A DNA stretch of 64,000 nt from Selaginella moellendorffii (Eukaryota; Plantae; Lycopodiophyta). This document shows positions 52,912 through 64,000 of this stretch, piece by piece (the first letter of the stretch is position 1; the number at the start of each line of letters is the position of its first letter). The stretch lies in the NCBI RefSeq assembly GCF_000143415.4, contig NW_003314263.1, positions 1,490,165 to 1,554,164 on the forward strand. The letters are read 5' to 3'. The translations under genes and the position numbers were made by a program. The notes below the pieces were generated by a model. The model was given only the letters and a program-made list of their open reading frames with translations, made no database searches and was not told where the DNA came from.

Positions 52912-54678
52912 TCAAAGTCGAAGTTTTGGGGAATTCTTCAAGTCCCATTCGCTCGCGTGTTGGAGAATGTTGGCCATGAGCACGTACGCAGCTGAGTTGC
53001 AAGGATCGAGCTCCAGTATGCTTCCGTAAGCGGCCCGACCAACGTCGACGTTTTTCCACTTGTGACAGGCGCCGAGAACACTCATCCACAAGCTTGGTGT
53101 GGGCGAGGCACCGGACATCCCCCTCAGTACTGCCACTGCTTCGTCGAGAAGGTTAGCTCGGCCTAGAAGGTCCACCAAGCAGCTATAGTGCTCGATCCCT
53201 GGAGTGATACTGCGCTGCGTCATAGCTCTAAACACCTCCTTCCCGTTCTCCACAAGTCCGGCGTGTGCACACGCTGTGAGAACCGTAAGATAGGTGACCG
53301 AGTCCGGAGCTAAACTCGTCCGGCACAGAGCTTCGAATGCTTCCAGCACTTCTTTCATCTCCCCTTGTTGGCTATAGCCTGCTAGCAGCGCGTTCCAAGT
53401 TACCAAGTCGATGCTTGCCATGGACTCGAAAACTTGCCGCGCTCGATTCATACTTCCAGACTTCCCGTACAAATCCACCAGAGAAGTTGCGACTCCCGGC
53501 TGGCCCTCTACTCCAGCAGTGCATATCTTGGCATGAATTCTCCTCCCAGCTCCGGAAAAACCTTGGCTTGCGCAAGCCTTGAGCACGGCCACAAAAGTTG
53601 CTGGATTCGGAGCGCAGCCATCACCCTCCATTTTCTCAAAGAGCTCTAGCGCCATCTCTGCTTCTCCACCTTGTGCATAGCCCAGAATCATCGCCGACCA
53701 CGAAACCACGTCTCGGAAAGACCTCTTCATCCTCTGGAAAATGCTCCAAGCCTCTCCCAGGCTTCCACACTTGCAGTACATATCCACGAGAGAGCTCGCG
53801 ATCGAAGCATGGAGCTCGAATCCAGAGCCTCGAATCTGACAGTGCAAAGCTCGCCCGATCTCCAAGCTCTTGAGCTTCACCACCTTTCCATCCACAAGCT
53901 CGCCTTCGTCGACCACCGCTAGAGCCGCGCAAGCTTTGATCACTGCGAGGTAAGTCACTCGGTTTGGAGCGCAAGGCATCCTCCGGAAAGTTTCTAGCGC
54001 CAACTTTGCATCGCCAGCCTCGGCAAATCCCAAGATCATCGCACTCCACGAGACGACGTTGCGTTCTTCCATTCTTCCAAACAAATCCCGGGCATCCACC
54101 GAGCTCCCACACTTCCAGTACAGATCCACCAGCGTGCTGGCCACGAACAAGTCCGATTCCAATCCGTGCTGGCAGATCTCCAAGTGAAGAGCTCGAGCGG
54201 TTTCGAGTGCCTGTTCTCGAGAGTTCTCGCAAGTCGCGGCACAAGCCTTGAGAGCCGCCAAGTAAGTGACGCGATTTGGAGCGATGGAATCGTCGCTGTC
54301 TTGCTTCATTCTCTGGAAGAGTCCTAGTGCCAAATCCCCTTCCCCATTCTCGGCGTAGCCCAGGATCATCGCACTCCAAGACACCACAGAGCGATCTTCC
54401 ATGGCATCGAAAACCTCGCGAGCCTCGTCGATGCTGCGGCATTTCGCATACATAGTGACCAGGGCGCTCGCAATGTCGGCGTCGATGCCATCGTCGCCAT
54501 CGAAGCCCGGCGATGCCCGGCGATTCTTGACGATGTAATCGTGGATTCGCTTACCGGACTGGAGATCCCCGACGCGGCCGCACGCCTTGAGCGCTGCCGC
54601 GATGATGGATTTCGCCGGGGAGGAGCCCTCGCTTTGAATCCGGTCGAAGGCGTGGATTGAATCCCTCGCGCTGCGCAT
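52912..54678 (-). CDS. PLS-class PPR protein with E domain
   Basis: 588-aa ORF, PPR repeats, HYSCLVDLLGRA...LGAC...YVLMANI. Confidence 0.9.
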   Translation of the reverse strand: MRSARDSIHAFDRIQSEGSSPAKSIIAAALKACGRVGDLQSGKRIHDYIVKNRRASPGFDGDDGIDADIASALVTMYAKCRSIDEAREVFDAMEDRSVVSWSAMILGYAENGEGDLALGLFQRMKQDSDDSIAPNRVTYLAALKACAATCENSREQALETARALHLEICQHGLESDLFVASTLVDLYWKCGSSVDARDLFGRMEERNVVSWSAMILGFAEAGDAKLALETFRRMPCAPNRVTYLAVIKACAALAVVDEGELVDGKVVKLKSLEIGRALHCQIRGSGFELHASIASSLVDMYCKCGSLGEAWSIFQRMKRSFRDVVSWSAMILGYAQGGEAEMALELFEKMEGDGCAPNPATFVAVLKACASQGFSGAGRRIHAKICTAGVEGQPGVATSLVDLYGKSGSMNRARQVFESMASIDLVTWNALLAGYSQQGEMKEVLEAFEALCRTSLAPDSVTYLTVLTACAHAGLVENGKEVFRAMTQRSITPGIEHYSCLVDLLGRANLLDEAVAVLRGMSGASPTPSLWMSVLGACHKWKNVDVGRAAYGSILELDPCNSAAYVLMANILQHASEWDLKNSPKLRL

Positions 54679-55842
54679 TCCATTAAACAGAAGTTAGGGC
54701 TCTTTCCAAGAATTGACCGTTTAAACTTGAGATTTTTCATGTAGTGGATGCATGATCAGTTAAAAATTTCTAGTAGATTAGTTTTTCCCAAAGACACATA
54801 TTTATTATTACTACCAACTGACTAAGAACTGCTAAAAATAAATTATTTAGTATAACATTTTATTAAGAGTTTGATTGTTGTAATTTCTAATTTAAGGTTC
54901 ATGTAGGAATTAACACTAAATTAACAAGTTGGTTCATGTTCCATTTGATATTTAGTGCTTCTTTACATGATTATCAAAATAAAATTATTTTTTACATTAA
55001 AATTAATTAATATTTTTTAAATAAAATGTAAAATTTACTGCAAAAGGGCATTAAAATGATGTGTAAGATATTATTAAATACATCAATGATATAACAAATA
55101 TAAAAATTAACATTCTAGAAAAGTTCATCATTGTAATATTTAAAATAAATAAATATGAGCATAACAATGTGATGTAATATATAAGGAAAGCTAGATTATG
55201 AAGTGATTTATGTTTTATCCAGTATCTTTTTGCTATGTTGGTGTATAGTAAAATTTAAAAAGTAAATTAATATTTCTTTACACCCAAATAAAACTAGTTA
55301 AAATAAAATATAAATTTAGCTTTAAATGAAGTTACAAAAATATGGATTTTCTAAAAATATTAACCTAAATATTAATATTATTTTTGATATAAAAAGTTTT
55401 GGATAAAAACATTTCCCTTATAATTATTTACATTAACAAATTTTTAACTATTTAATATCAAAAGTTAAAATTATATAGAAATTTAAATTAGTTAAATTTT
55501 ACTTTACCTTTGAAGCTCTCAAGAGGTATTTTGTCAATTTAAATAATTTATAAATAATATACAATAAAGTACTAAAATTTATATTTATATTATAATATAA
55601 AAATCACTAAAATTAATTTATAATATTAATTTTATATTGTGTAAAATATAAATATTATATTATATTGTTTATATATTACTCAAAACAAATGATCAAATAA
55701 CTTTTGTTAGCTCTAAAGCAAAAGTAAAAATTAAAAATCAAAACTAGCAAGTATATTTAATATTTCAAAGCTAAATAATTAAAATTTATCTACTATCATT
55801 GATATAATGTATTTAAAGATATAAAGAAAAATTAATTTATTG

Positions 55843-55895
55843 TATATAGTTATATCTTATTGACCAACTAACATATTACACACACACACACACAC

Positions 55896-55948
<53 letters not shown>

Positions 55949-55981
55949 TCAATAGTTGGTCAATAATAGATAACTATATAT
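55843..55981. repeat. (CA)n/(TA)n microsatellite flanked by a ~27-bp inverted repeat
   Basis: tatatagttatatcttattgaccaacta ... tagttggtcaataagataactatata. Confidence 0.85.
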
Positions 55982-56599
55982 AATAAATTACTTTTATATA
56001 TGTTATTTGACCAACTATATATAGTTATACCAATAGTTGACCAACTTATATATGTTATTGACCAACTATATATAGTTATATATTATTGACTAATCATGAG
56101 AAAAAACTTAATAGTGTGAAAAAGTAATATATTTTTTATTTTATGGTGATATATAATAATGAGAAAAACTATTATATTTTAAGTTTATAATGATATAGAC
56201 CTTGATGTTTTTTATTTTATTTTATAGACTCATATAAATTAAGCAGCTTATTTAAAATATTCACATTATTTCATTTTTTTTATCTCTTGACCATATAATT
56301 TTTTTATGAATCTAAATTATCAATATACAAATTATAAGTGTATAAATTATGGAGAAATATACATTTTTAGGTTCAGATTAAAACCAATCTAATAACTATC
56401 AAAATCACACTACATTAATTTTAGTATACAACATTGTAGCCATGTATTTGGACATCACATCAAAAAGATGTCCTATCAAAAAGATGGAAGATAGTTAATG
56501 GTTTGGTTGATGGGTGAGGATTTGAATGAATAATAGAAGGAAGCACCAATGGATATATAGATGGTACAACTTGTTGTTGATATATATATAAGTGCTTAA

Positions 56600-57950
56600 C
56601 TATTTAGCTATTTCACATATGTAATTTTTAGAGGATTGGCTTATTGAATGTGATGCCAAACTTCATAAATTTGCAATTAAACTTTCTATAACATTTAGTA
56701 CAATCCCTTTCACTAAATAAAAATCCTCTTAAACAAACTATATATTGTAAAATTAGGAAAACAAATCAATAGCAAATTGTCCATTTATATTTTGCAAGTG
56801 GATGATGATTGAATTTGTAATATCATTGTTGTCCCATTTGTATGCCTATGACATACCACTTTTTGCTCCCCCTGGCTTCGAAACATAAGTATTCAATAGA
56901 CTCTACTCAAATTAGTGAAAGAATGCTTATGAAGTACTAATCTCAAGTCCTAGCATTAGCATTTTGTAACATTTGCAAAAATAAACTCAACTTTATTGGT
57001 AGTATTAGATTATAATTATATATTTTTTTAATGAAACTTTATACATTTGTGACATATGTATACTAAAGAGACATCAAATAATTATCCCAATCTAAATGCT
57101 AAAAGTTTATGTACTTCATAATCATCCTTTTGAAAATTTGAATGAACCATTCTACCAAACCTATATGGATGATAAACACTTGTGAAAGTGTTGCATATCC
57201 TAATAGAAACATTAAAACATAAAATACCTCAATTATAAATATAAAATTATTATTTGAGAGAATCCACTTTGGACAATAATATTAGAACACCATTTGATTA
57301 AGGAAGAAGTATCTAATAGTAATTGCAAATGCACTAACAAGAGTACCAACTTCCACCTAATGAGTCAAATAGTCAAAAGTGATAATGATATTCTCATCAT
57401 CAATAGTTGACTATGGGAAAAGCCCAATTAGATCAAATATCACCAACTCAAATGAATAAAAAATTGCAATCAACTTCAACTATCCTTTTGTAACTTGATA
57501 GAGAGTATTATGAGTTTAGCACTAAATCCAACTATGTACATACTAGATAACATTAAATTATATCTCCAATTAATAGAAAGATATGTATAACTTCTTAGTC
57601 ACATAACGATATCTTATATGTTTGTCTAAAACAGAAGCGTTAGAATAAGCTTGGAATAAAGATTAAAGACACCACCAACCATAAATGATTATTATGATTA
57701 ATCCTTACAAAAGAAAGAAGGTCATCCTTAAGGTGATATTAAAAATGTAAATGCCAAAACAACAAATTATTAGTATGTAATACAAAATTCTCATACCCAT
57801 AACAAAGCCTTGAGATTTATGATTTAACTTTTTGAGTCTCATGAACCTCATCAAACATTAATAATAGCTATAGAACTCTCTAGGTAATGAATAACCTCAA
57901 ATTCATATATCTAAACTTTCAAAACTCCCTAAGTAGAATGACCAACTAAA
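56600..57950 (+). mobile_element. Possible very old, AT-drifted Gypsy pol remnant
   Basis: Only short motifs visible (EDWLIECDA; VIANALTR resembling VADALSR). Confidence 0.3.
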
Positions 57951-58129
57951 TTCTTCAACAACACTCACAATAGTGCAATATGATTAAAAAAATGATTAAT
58001 AAAACAATCAAGATATTGCGTAAGAAGCACTACATATCATTTATACACTTCAGAATAGGGAACTTCAAAATAATCACAAGTTTTTCAGAATCAACTTACA
58101 AACCTTTCTAACATCTCCTCTCCTTTTTT

Positions 58130-58880
58130 ATAGCGCACCTTATCCCATGATCACATGCACTACACTCACCCCCCCTTTAGAGATCTTTATCCCATGATCA
58201 CATGCGTTACACTCACCCCCCTTTATCCTCTAAGGTTCCAAAGATCCACGATGACAGTATATTCAAATCTCATCCCAACACTCACCCCCCTTTATCCCCC
58301 AAGGTTCCAAGGATCCACAGTGACAGTATATTCAAATCTCATCCCATGATCACATGTATTACACTCACCCCCCTTTTAGAGATGTTAATGTCTTTATTGA
58401 TTATTGACTAACAACCCCTATTGAGCCAAGGGGAACCACCACCTCCATTTCCGCACTGAATCTATCAGTCATTCTATTGTGTAGACCAACTATTCCATGT
58501 GAGGCAATTAGTCATCCACCTGTACTGCAGTCCCACAGTGGATACTTTCGTCCGTGAATATTCCACACAAGAGGAAGGATGTACGTATGGATGCCCAATA
58601 CGTACAATTTCAAATTTAGGGGTAAGAATATACCTTTCTCAAGGGCATATTATATTTTTAAGTAGCCACTAATCAATGGGAATCAAACCTGTGCCATTTG
58701 CTCCGATACCAATTGTAACGCACCTTATCTCTCTCCCCTTAAGCCAACTGAAAAAGGGGCAATTGCTTGATAATAGAGCCCTTAGTGGCTATTTTATCCC
58801 CATTTATCCCCTAAGGTTCCAAAGATTCACGGTGACAGTATATTCAAATCTCATCCCATAATCACATGCGTTACATTTTT
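58130..58880 (+). repeat. Short tandem/dispersed repeats (cccatgatcacatg..tacactcacccc; aaggttccaa.gatccac)
   Basis: Several copies at 58140-58375 and 58795-58875. Confidence 0.7.
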
Positions 58881-59659
58881 CCACCATTATGCAATATGTG
58901 GGTGGCCATTTCCTTTCCCATTCACGGCCATCTCCTCTTACTTGTGGCCACTCCTCTCCCACTCATAGCCTTTCCTCTCCCACTTCGAGGCCATCTCCTC
59001 TCCCTCTTCCACCATCACGCAGCATGTGGACAGCCATCTCTTTTCCTTCTTCCATCATCTCACTGTACTTAAGTGGCCATCTCCTCTCCCTCTTTCACCA
59101 TCTTCTTTTACCATCACAGCCATCTTCTTTCCACTTGCGTGGTTATATCTCTCCCTTTTTGGGCCATCACTATTGATCTTTTCTTTTGCTAGGATGTTTG
59201 TTTTGCTTTGACTTTGGGCTGCTTGAGGTTTGTATGAGAGATGATTTGACCTTTTTCTTTCTTCTTTTCGTGTATATGCTCTTTGTTTGATCTTTCCATT
59301 GCAAGCATCTTAGAAAAAAAAAAATTGAAGTCTTTAGACCTTTGGAAAGTTTTAAATCTTTAGAAAGTCTCTACATTTTTAGATTTGTGAGGAGTTCCAA
59401 GATCTAGATTGAGATTCTTAGGGGTCTTTAAAATTCTTAGATCTACAAGAAACTCTAAGATCTTATTTCATTTTTAATTTTTTTTAATGTTTTTAAGCAC
59501 CTATGATCAGTTGAGCTTGAAGCGCCTATAATTGGATAATATTGAAGTGCCTTAGTTTAGTATGAGGTCTTTGTCCTCAAAGTAGAAGTTAAAAGCAAAC
59601 ATTAGTTTTAGATGTGTTTACCTCAAACTCAATGATATATTTATTTTTTTGTTTGGTTT

Positions 59660-59972
59660 TGTTTATCTCAGACTCCATCTTGGGTCCATTTCGAGTCTAT
59701 CTTGGACTCTATTTTGGATCTATCTCAAACTCTTTCTCGGATTCTATCTCAGATCTATCTTAGACTCCATCTCAAGTCTATCTTGGACTCCATCTCGGGT
59801 CCATTTTGAACTCCATCTTGGTCTATCTTGAACTCCATCTTAGACTCTTTCTTAAACTCCATTTTGACATTTCCACGTGTCATGTGTTGGTCCTCTTGTG
59901 TTCCTTTTCTAAGCCACTATCATGTGGCACCCTTTCAACTCCACTTTGGGGCTTAGGGATTTGTGTCTCACA
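59660..59972 (-). repeat. Truncated copy of the LTR-associated repeat, terminus TGTGAGACACAAATCCC
   Basis: gggatttgtgtctcaca at 59956-59972 is the reverse complement of 60534-60550; ctccatct repeats. Confidence 0.75.
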
Positions 59973-60533
59973 ACTCCACCACCCATAAACAAAATTTTAA
60001 ACCATTTCATGGATTACTATTTTCCTTAGCACCAAGCTAATATTCATCAATAGTTTGACATTGAAAGCTCACTATGCATTTCCTATCCTCTAAGGAGCAT
60101 AGTCTGTCTGATTTAGAATTTTATTACATCATAAGTGATGGTTCTCTCCCTTCATTTATTTAGTTTTAACTAAACTCGTTAAAAATACCTTTTCTATCTC
60201 AATCGTACTACCCATCCTGGAGTAATCTTAGCCTCCATCAATATAGCCATCACACTTTGGAATTAATATTATCTTAGACTTTGCTAATCTAATAACCTAT
60301 AAGGTTTTAGCTTCATGGTTGTTTTTGAGATGCTAGCTTACTGAAATACAACTTTTTGTATTCATGTCCTACTCACAAAGACCATCTTTGCAAGTGTTAC
60401 TTCAATACTTGATTATTCTTTGTTTCATGTGGGTTACTTAAGACTATCTATTTATATGATAAGAATACTGATTCATCCTCTAAATATACCCCAACTCCTT
60501 GAGTTGTTCTAGCATTTATTCAAGGTAGCCTTG

Positions 60534-62352
60534 TGTGAGACACAAATCCCTGTGCCCTTCCTCCTTGTACACGGGAACAACCCTGCGGATCGCGATCTTG
60601 GGCGCCATTGCGCTCACAGCAAGTCCGAGTCCGAGTTTGAGTCCGAGTCCGAGTTCGGGTCTGAGTCCGAGTTCGAGTCTGAAAGTGGAGCCAAAAGGGT
60701 GCTATGTGGTAGTGGCCGAAGCAAAAGCCAAACGAGCGTAACACGTTTGGACTAAAAGGCTCTAACTTGAAAGGTCGAGAGTGGGAGTGGAACTCCCAAT
60801 GGAGTGCTCAAGGAACAAGCATGAAGCGAGCAATGAGCAAGGCTCCAAAAAGGGACCCAAAAGGACCAACATATAACATGTGGAAGTGTTCGAGATGGAG
60901 TCCGAGATGGACCCGGGTTGGAGTTTGAGATGGAGTCCGAGGTGGACCTGAGATGGAGTCTGAGATGGACCCGAGTTGGAGTCTGAGGTGGAGTCCGAGA
61001 TGGAGTCCGAGGTGGACCCGAGATGGAGTCCGAGATGGACCCGAAATGGAGTCTGAGGTAGAGTCCGAGATGGAGTCTGAGGTGGACCCGAGATGAAGTC
61101 TGAAATGGAGTCCGAGAAGGACCTGAGATGGAGTCTGAGATGGAGTCCGAGATGGACCCGAGATGGAATCCGAGATGGAGTCCAAGAAGGACCCGAGATG
61201 GAGTCTGAGGTCGAGACTGAGACCGGGACTGAGACCGAGACCGGGACCGAGCCCGAGCCTGAGGCCAAGACCGAGCCCGAGTCCGAGTCTGAGTTCGAGT
61301 CTGAGAGGGTGAAAGCCCAAAGTGTTCGTCTCCCAGACCCTAGGTTTGGAGGATCGAGGTTGAGGCCGAGCCCGAGCCCGAGCCCGAGCCCGAGTCCGAG
61401 TCCGAGTTTGAGTCTAAGAGGGTGAAAGCCCAAAGCGTTTGTCTCCCAGACCCTAGGTTTGGTAAGCTTCAAAAGTATAGTAAGGGGGAGGACTGCAGTG
61501 GAGCCAGTTTGGCCAGGAAAGGCCAGTTTGGCCCAGGAAGGCCAGACCCAGTGTTAGGTGATGAATTGACCACTAGGAAATCCAAGACTAAAGTGAATAC
61601 GTGTAAGCTCTTGAGTTTGGACTTCCTAAGAGGTCACCCAGCCCAGTACTATTCAAACCCAAGGACGCTTAACCCCAAGTATCCCAAGACCCTTAACCGA
61701 TTGAAAAAAGGGGTGCACTCTTGTTCATGGGCCCTTTCCCTCTATATTTGAACCCCATGGATCATCTCTCAAGTTATTCTCTTTGGCTGCTTACAATACG
61801 GACCGACAAACAGGGTAGCTTGGTGAAGTGTTCAAGAGCCGACTCTAGTTCCCCCGGGAGATCGACTGGCCGATGCTCCCAGTCCAAGTGTGAGTGGTAC
61901 TACCTACTTGGATACCTAGTGTGGCTCAACGAAACCTCACTCTAAGCCCATGGCTAGAGCACCTAAAGGCAGAAGGTGGGGAGAGTACCCATGGGGCTTG
62001 CGTATGGCCACGGTGTTCCGATATGTCGTCCCGAAGTCCCAAATGGGGGAAAGGAGGATGAGCAATCCTCTAGTGTAGTGACTACAGATACGGTCACATG
62101 GTGAGGAAGTCCTAGAGGACAATGGGACTTAGTGGCTAGGCCTGCAGGCCTTGATCTAGTGGCAATGTTGGTGAACATGGCCATGGACAAAAAAGGGACT
62201 TGGCAAGAACTGACAAAGGGATGTTGGGGAAGGCTATTCCCCATGTTTGTGGGCATCCTAAGGATGTTAAGGAGTGGATCTTGGATGACCACTCGTGGAT
62301 GGATGGCCCAGTCTTGGAGAGACAGGATTGTGATGCAAGTGGTATTGGACCA
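60534..62352 (+). mobile_element. LTR-retrotransposon-derived repeat copy with GAGATGGAGTCC and GAGTCC tandem arrays
   Basis: TG terminus; 60709-62352 aligns in inverted orientation to ~62617-64000. Confidence 0.8.
61602..61795 (-). mobile_element. Cassandra-like solo LTR containing a 5S rRNA internal-promoter segment (61619-61673)
   Basis: TGTAAGC...GCTTACA ends; TSD ATACG; minus strand ggttaagcgtccttgggtttgaatagtactgggctgggtgacctcttaggaagtcc matches the 5S box A to box C region; empty site at ~63150-63180. Confidence 0.9.
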
Positions 62353-62355
62353 CTA

Positions 62356-63456
62356 TGTAAGCAACTAAATTTTTCCATTCTACTTTAGTCACTTAACCAC
62401 ACCTCCGACCACTTGGAGGAGTCTCATTCACAACCCCCATAAGTCCCATTCAGGACTTGGGGCTTGCTAGCCCTGAGAATGGCATCCATGCCACTCAACC
62501 TTTGCACTTGGTCCAAGTGCTCCACGTGTCCGATCCCATGACTGACACCCAAAGGTACCACTGACATCTCGGCCCGTTACGCTAAGGCCATGCCCATTCC
62601 CCTTTGCTGCGCAAATGGTCCAATACCACTTGCATCACCATCCCGTCTCTCCAAGACTGGGCCATCTGTCTACGAGGGGTCATCCTAAATCCACTCCTTA
62701 GCATCCTTAGGATGCCCACAGACCTGGGGAATCGCCTTCCCCAAAGTCCCTTTGTCAGTTCCTACCAAGTCCCCTGGCCGTGTTTGCCAACGCTGCCACT
62801 GGATCGAGGCCCACAGGCCCGACCACTAAGTCCCACGGTCCTCTGGGACTTCCTCACCACACGACTGTGTCCTTGGTCACTACCCCAGAGGACTGCTCCT
62901 CTTCCTTTCCACAGTCTGGGCCTTTGGGACGACATTTCGGAACACCGTGGCCTTACGCGAGCCACCTGGGTACTCTCCCCATCTATCGCCTTTAGGTGCT
63001 CTAGCCATGGGCTTAGAGCGAGGTTCCGTTGAGCCACGCCTGGTATCCAAGTAGGTAGTGCCACCCACACTTGGACTGGGAGCATCGGCCAGTCGATCTC
63101 CCGGGGGAATTAGAGCCGGCTCTTGAACACTTCACCAAGCTACCCTGCTTGTCGGTCCATGTTCACTCTAGTCTTGGACTTCCTAGTGGGCAGCTCATCA
63201 CCCAACACTGGGTCCGGCCTTCCTGGGCCAAACTGGCCTTTCCTGGCCAAACTGGCTCCACTACAGTCCTCCCCCTTACTATACTTTTGGAGCTCACCAA
63301 ACCCCCAGGGTCTGGGAGACGAACGCTTTGGGCTTTCACCCTCTCAGGCTCCGGACTCGGACTTGGACTCGGACTCGGACTCGGATTCGGATTCGGACTC
63401 GGACTCGGGCTCGGGCTCGGTCTCGGCCTCGGCCTCGGTCTCGGTCTCGGTCCCGA

Positions 63457-63494
<38 letters not shown>

Positions 63495-64000
63495 CCGGTC
63501 TCGGTCTCGACTTCGGACTCCATCTCGGACTCCATCTCGGACTCCATCTCGGACTCCATCTCGGGTCCATCTCGGGTCCATCTCGGACTCCATCTCGGGT
63601 CCATCTCGGACTCCATCTTAGACTCCATCTCGGACTCCATCTCGGGTCCATCTCGGACTCCATCTCGGACTCCATCTCGGACTCCATCTCGGGTCCATCT
63701 CGGGTCCATCTCGGACTCCATCTCGGATTCCATTTCGGGTCCATCTCGGGTCCATCTCGGACTCCACTTCGGACTCCAACTCGGGTCCACCTCAGACTCC
63801 ACTTCAGACTCCATCTCGGACACTCCCACGTGTCATGTGTTGGTCCTTTTGGGTCCCTTTTTGGAGCCTCGCCTTTTGCTTGCTTCGTGCTCGTTCCTCG
63901 AGCACTTCGTTGGGAGTTCCACTCCCGCTCTTGACTTTTCAAGTCGGAGCTTTTGGTCCAAACGTGTTACGCTCGTTTGGCTCTCGCTTCGGCCACTACC
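62356..64000 (-). mobile_element. Second copy of the same family on the minus strand, ending in a PPT-like tract and a 77-bp LTR-like unit (62432-62356); runs off the window
   Basis: Minus strand ...ttatgggggt|TGTGAATGAG...GCTTACA; internal sequence is the reverse complement of 60709-62352. Confidence 0.7.

Noticed and set aside
61619-61673. Functional 5S rRNA gene
   Set aside because: Only ~55 of ~120 nt, embedded in an LTR with a TSD.
60762-63942. Long ORFs (LGLGLG, RDRDRD, MESE) as real proteins
   Set aside because: Artefacts of stop-free 6-mer and 12-mer tandem repeats in several frames.

Overview
Eukaryotic plant nuclear DNA, most consistent with a lycophyte such as Selaginella (inferred from ~50-60 nt introns, abundant PLS-type PPR genes, compact gene spacing; not verified). 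The left ~31 kb is a mosaic of decayed mobile DNA: tandem non-autonomous Helitrons with captured gene fragments, a Penelope-like RT remnant with a duplicated 3' end, a 25S rRNA fragment, and an 8.7-kb TIR/MULE-type transposon. That transposon carries, divergent from its transposase, a decayed cargo gene with a ParB/Srx-like motif and a beta-class amino-DNA-methyltransferase-like domain, with six palindromes upstream. The left part also holds a Gypsy remnant, a young TRIM, and a duplicated block encoding Gly/His/Tyr-rich secreted proteins and a small IDA/PIP-like peptide precursor. The 32-55 kb core is gene-dense: a B3 Raf-like MAPKKK, two PPR genes, DEG7 protease plus an inverted pseudogene, a WVD2/TPX2-like gene, and a small three-exon gene (GC-AG intron) encoding a phytosulfokine-like precursor with an unusual YIYDF core. 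The right end is AT-rich DNA and nested LTR-type repeats, including a 5S-rRNA-containing (Cassandra-like) solo LTR. All translations and alignments were done by eye.
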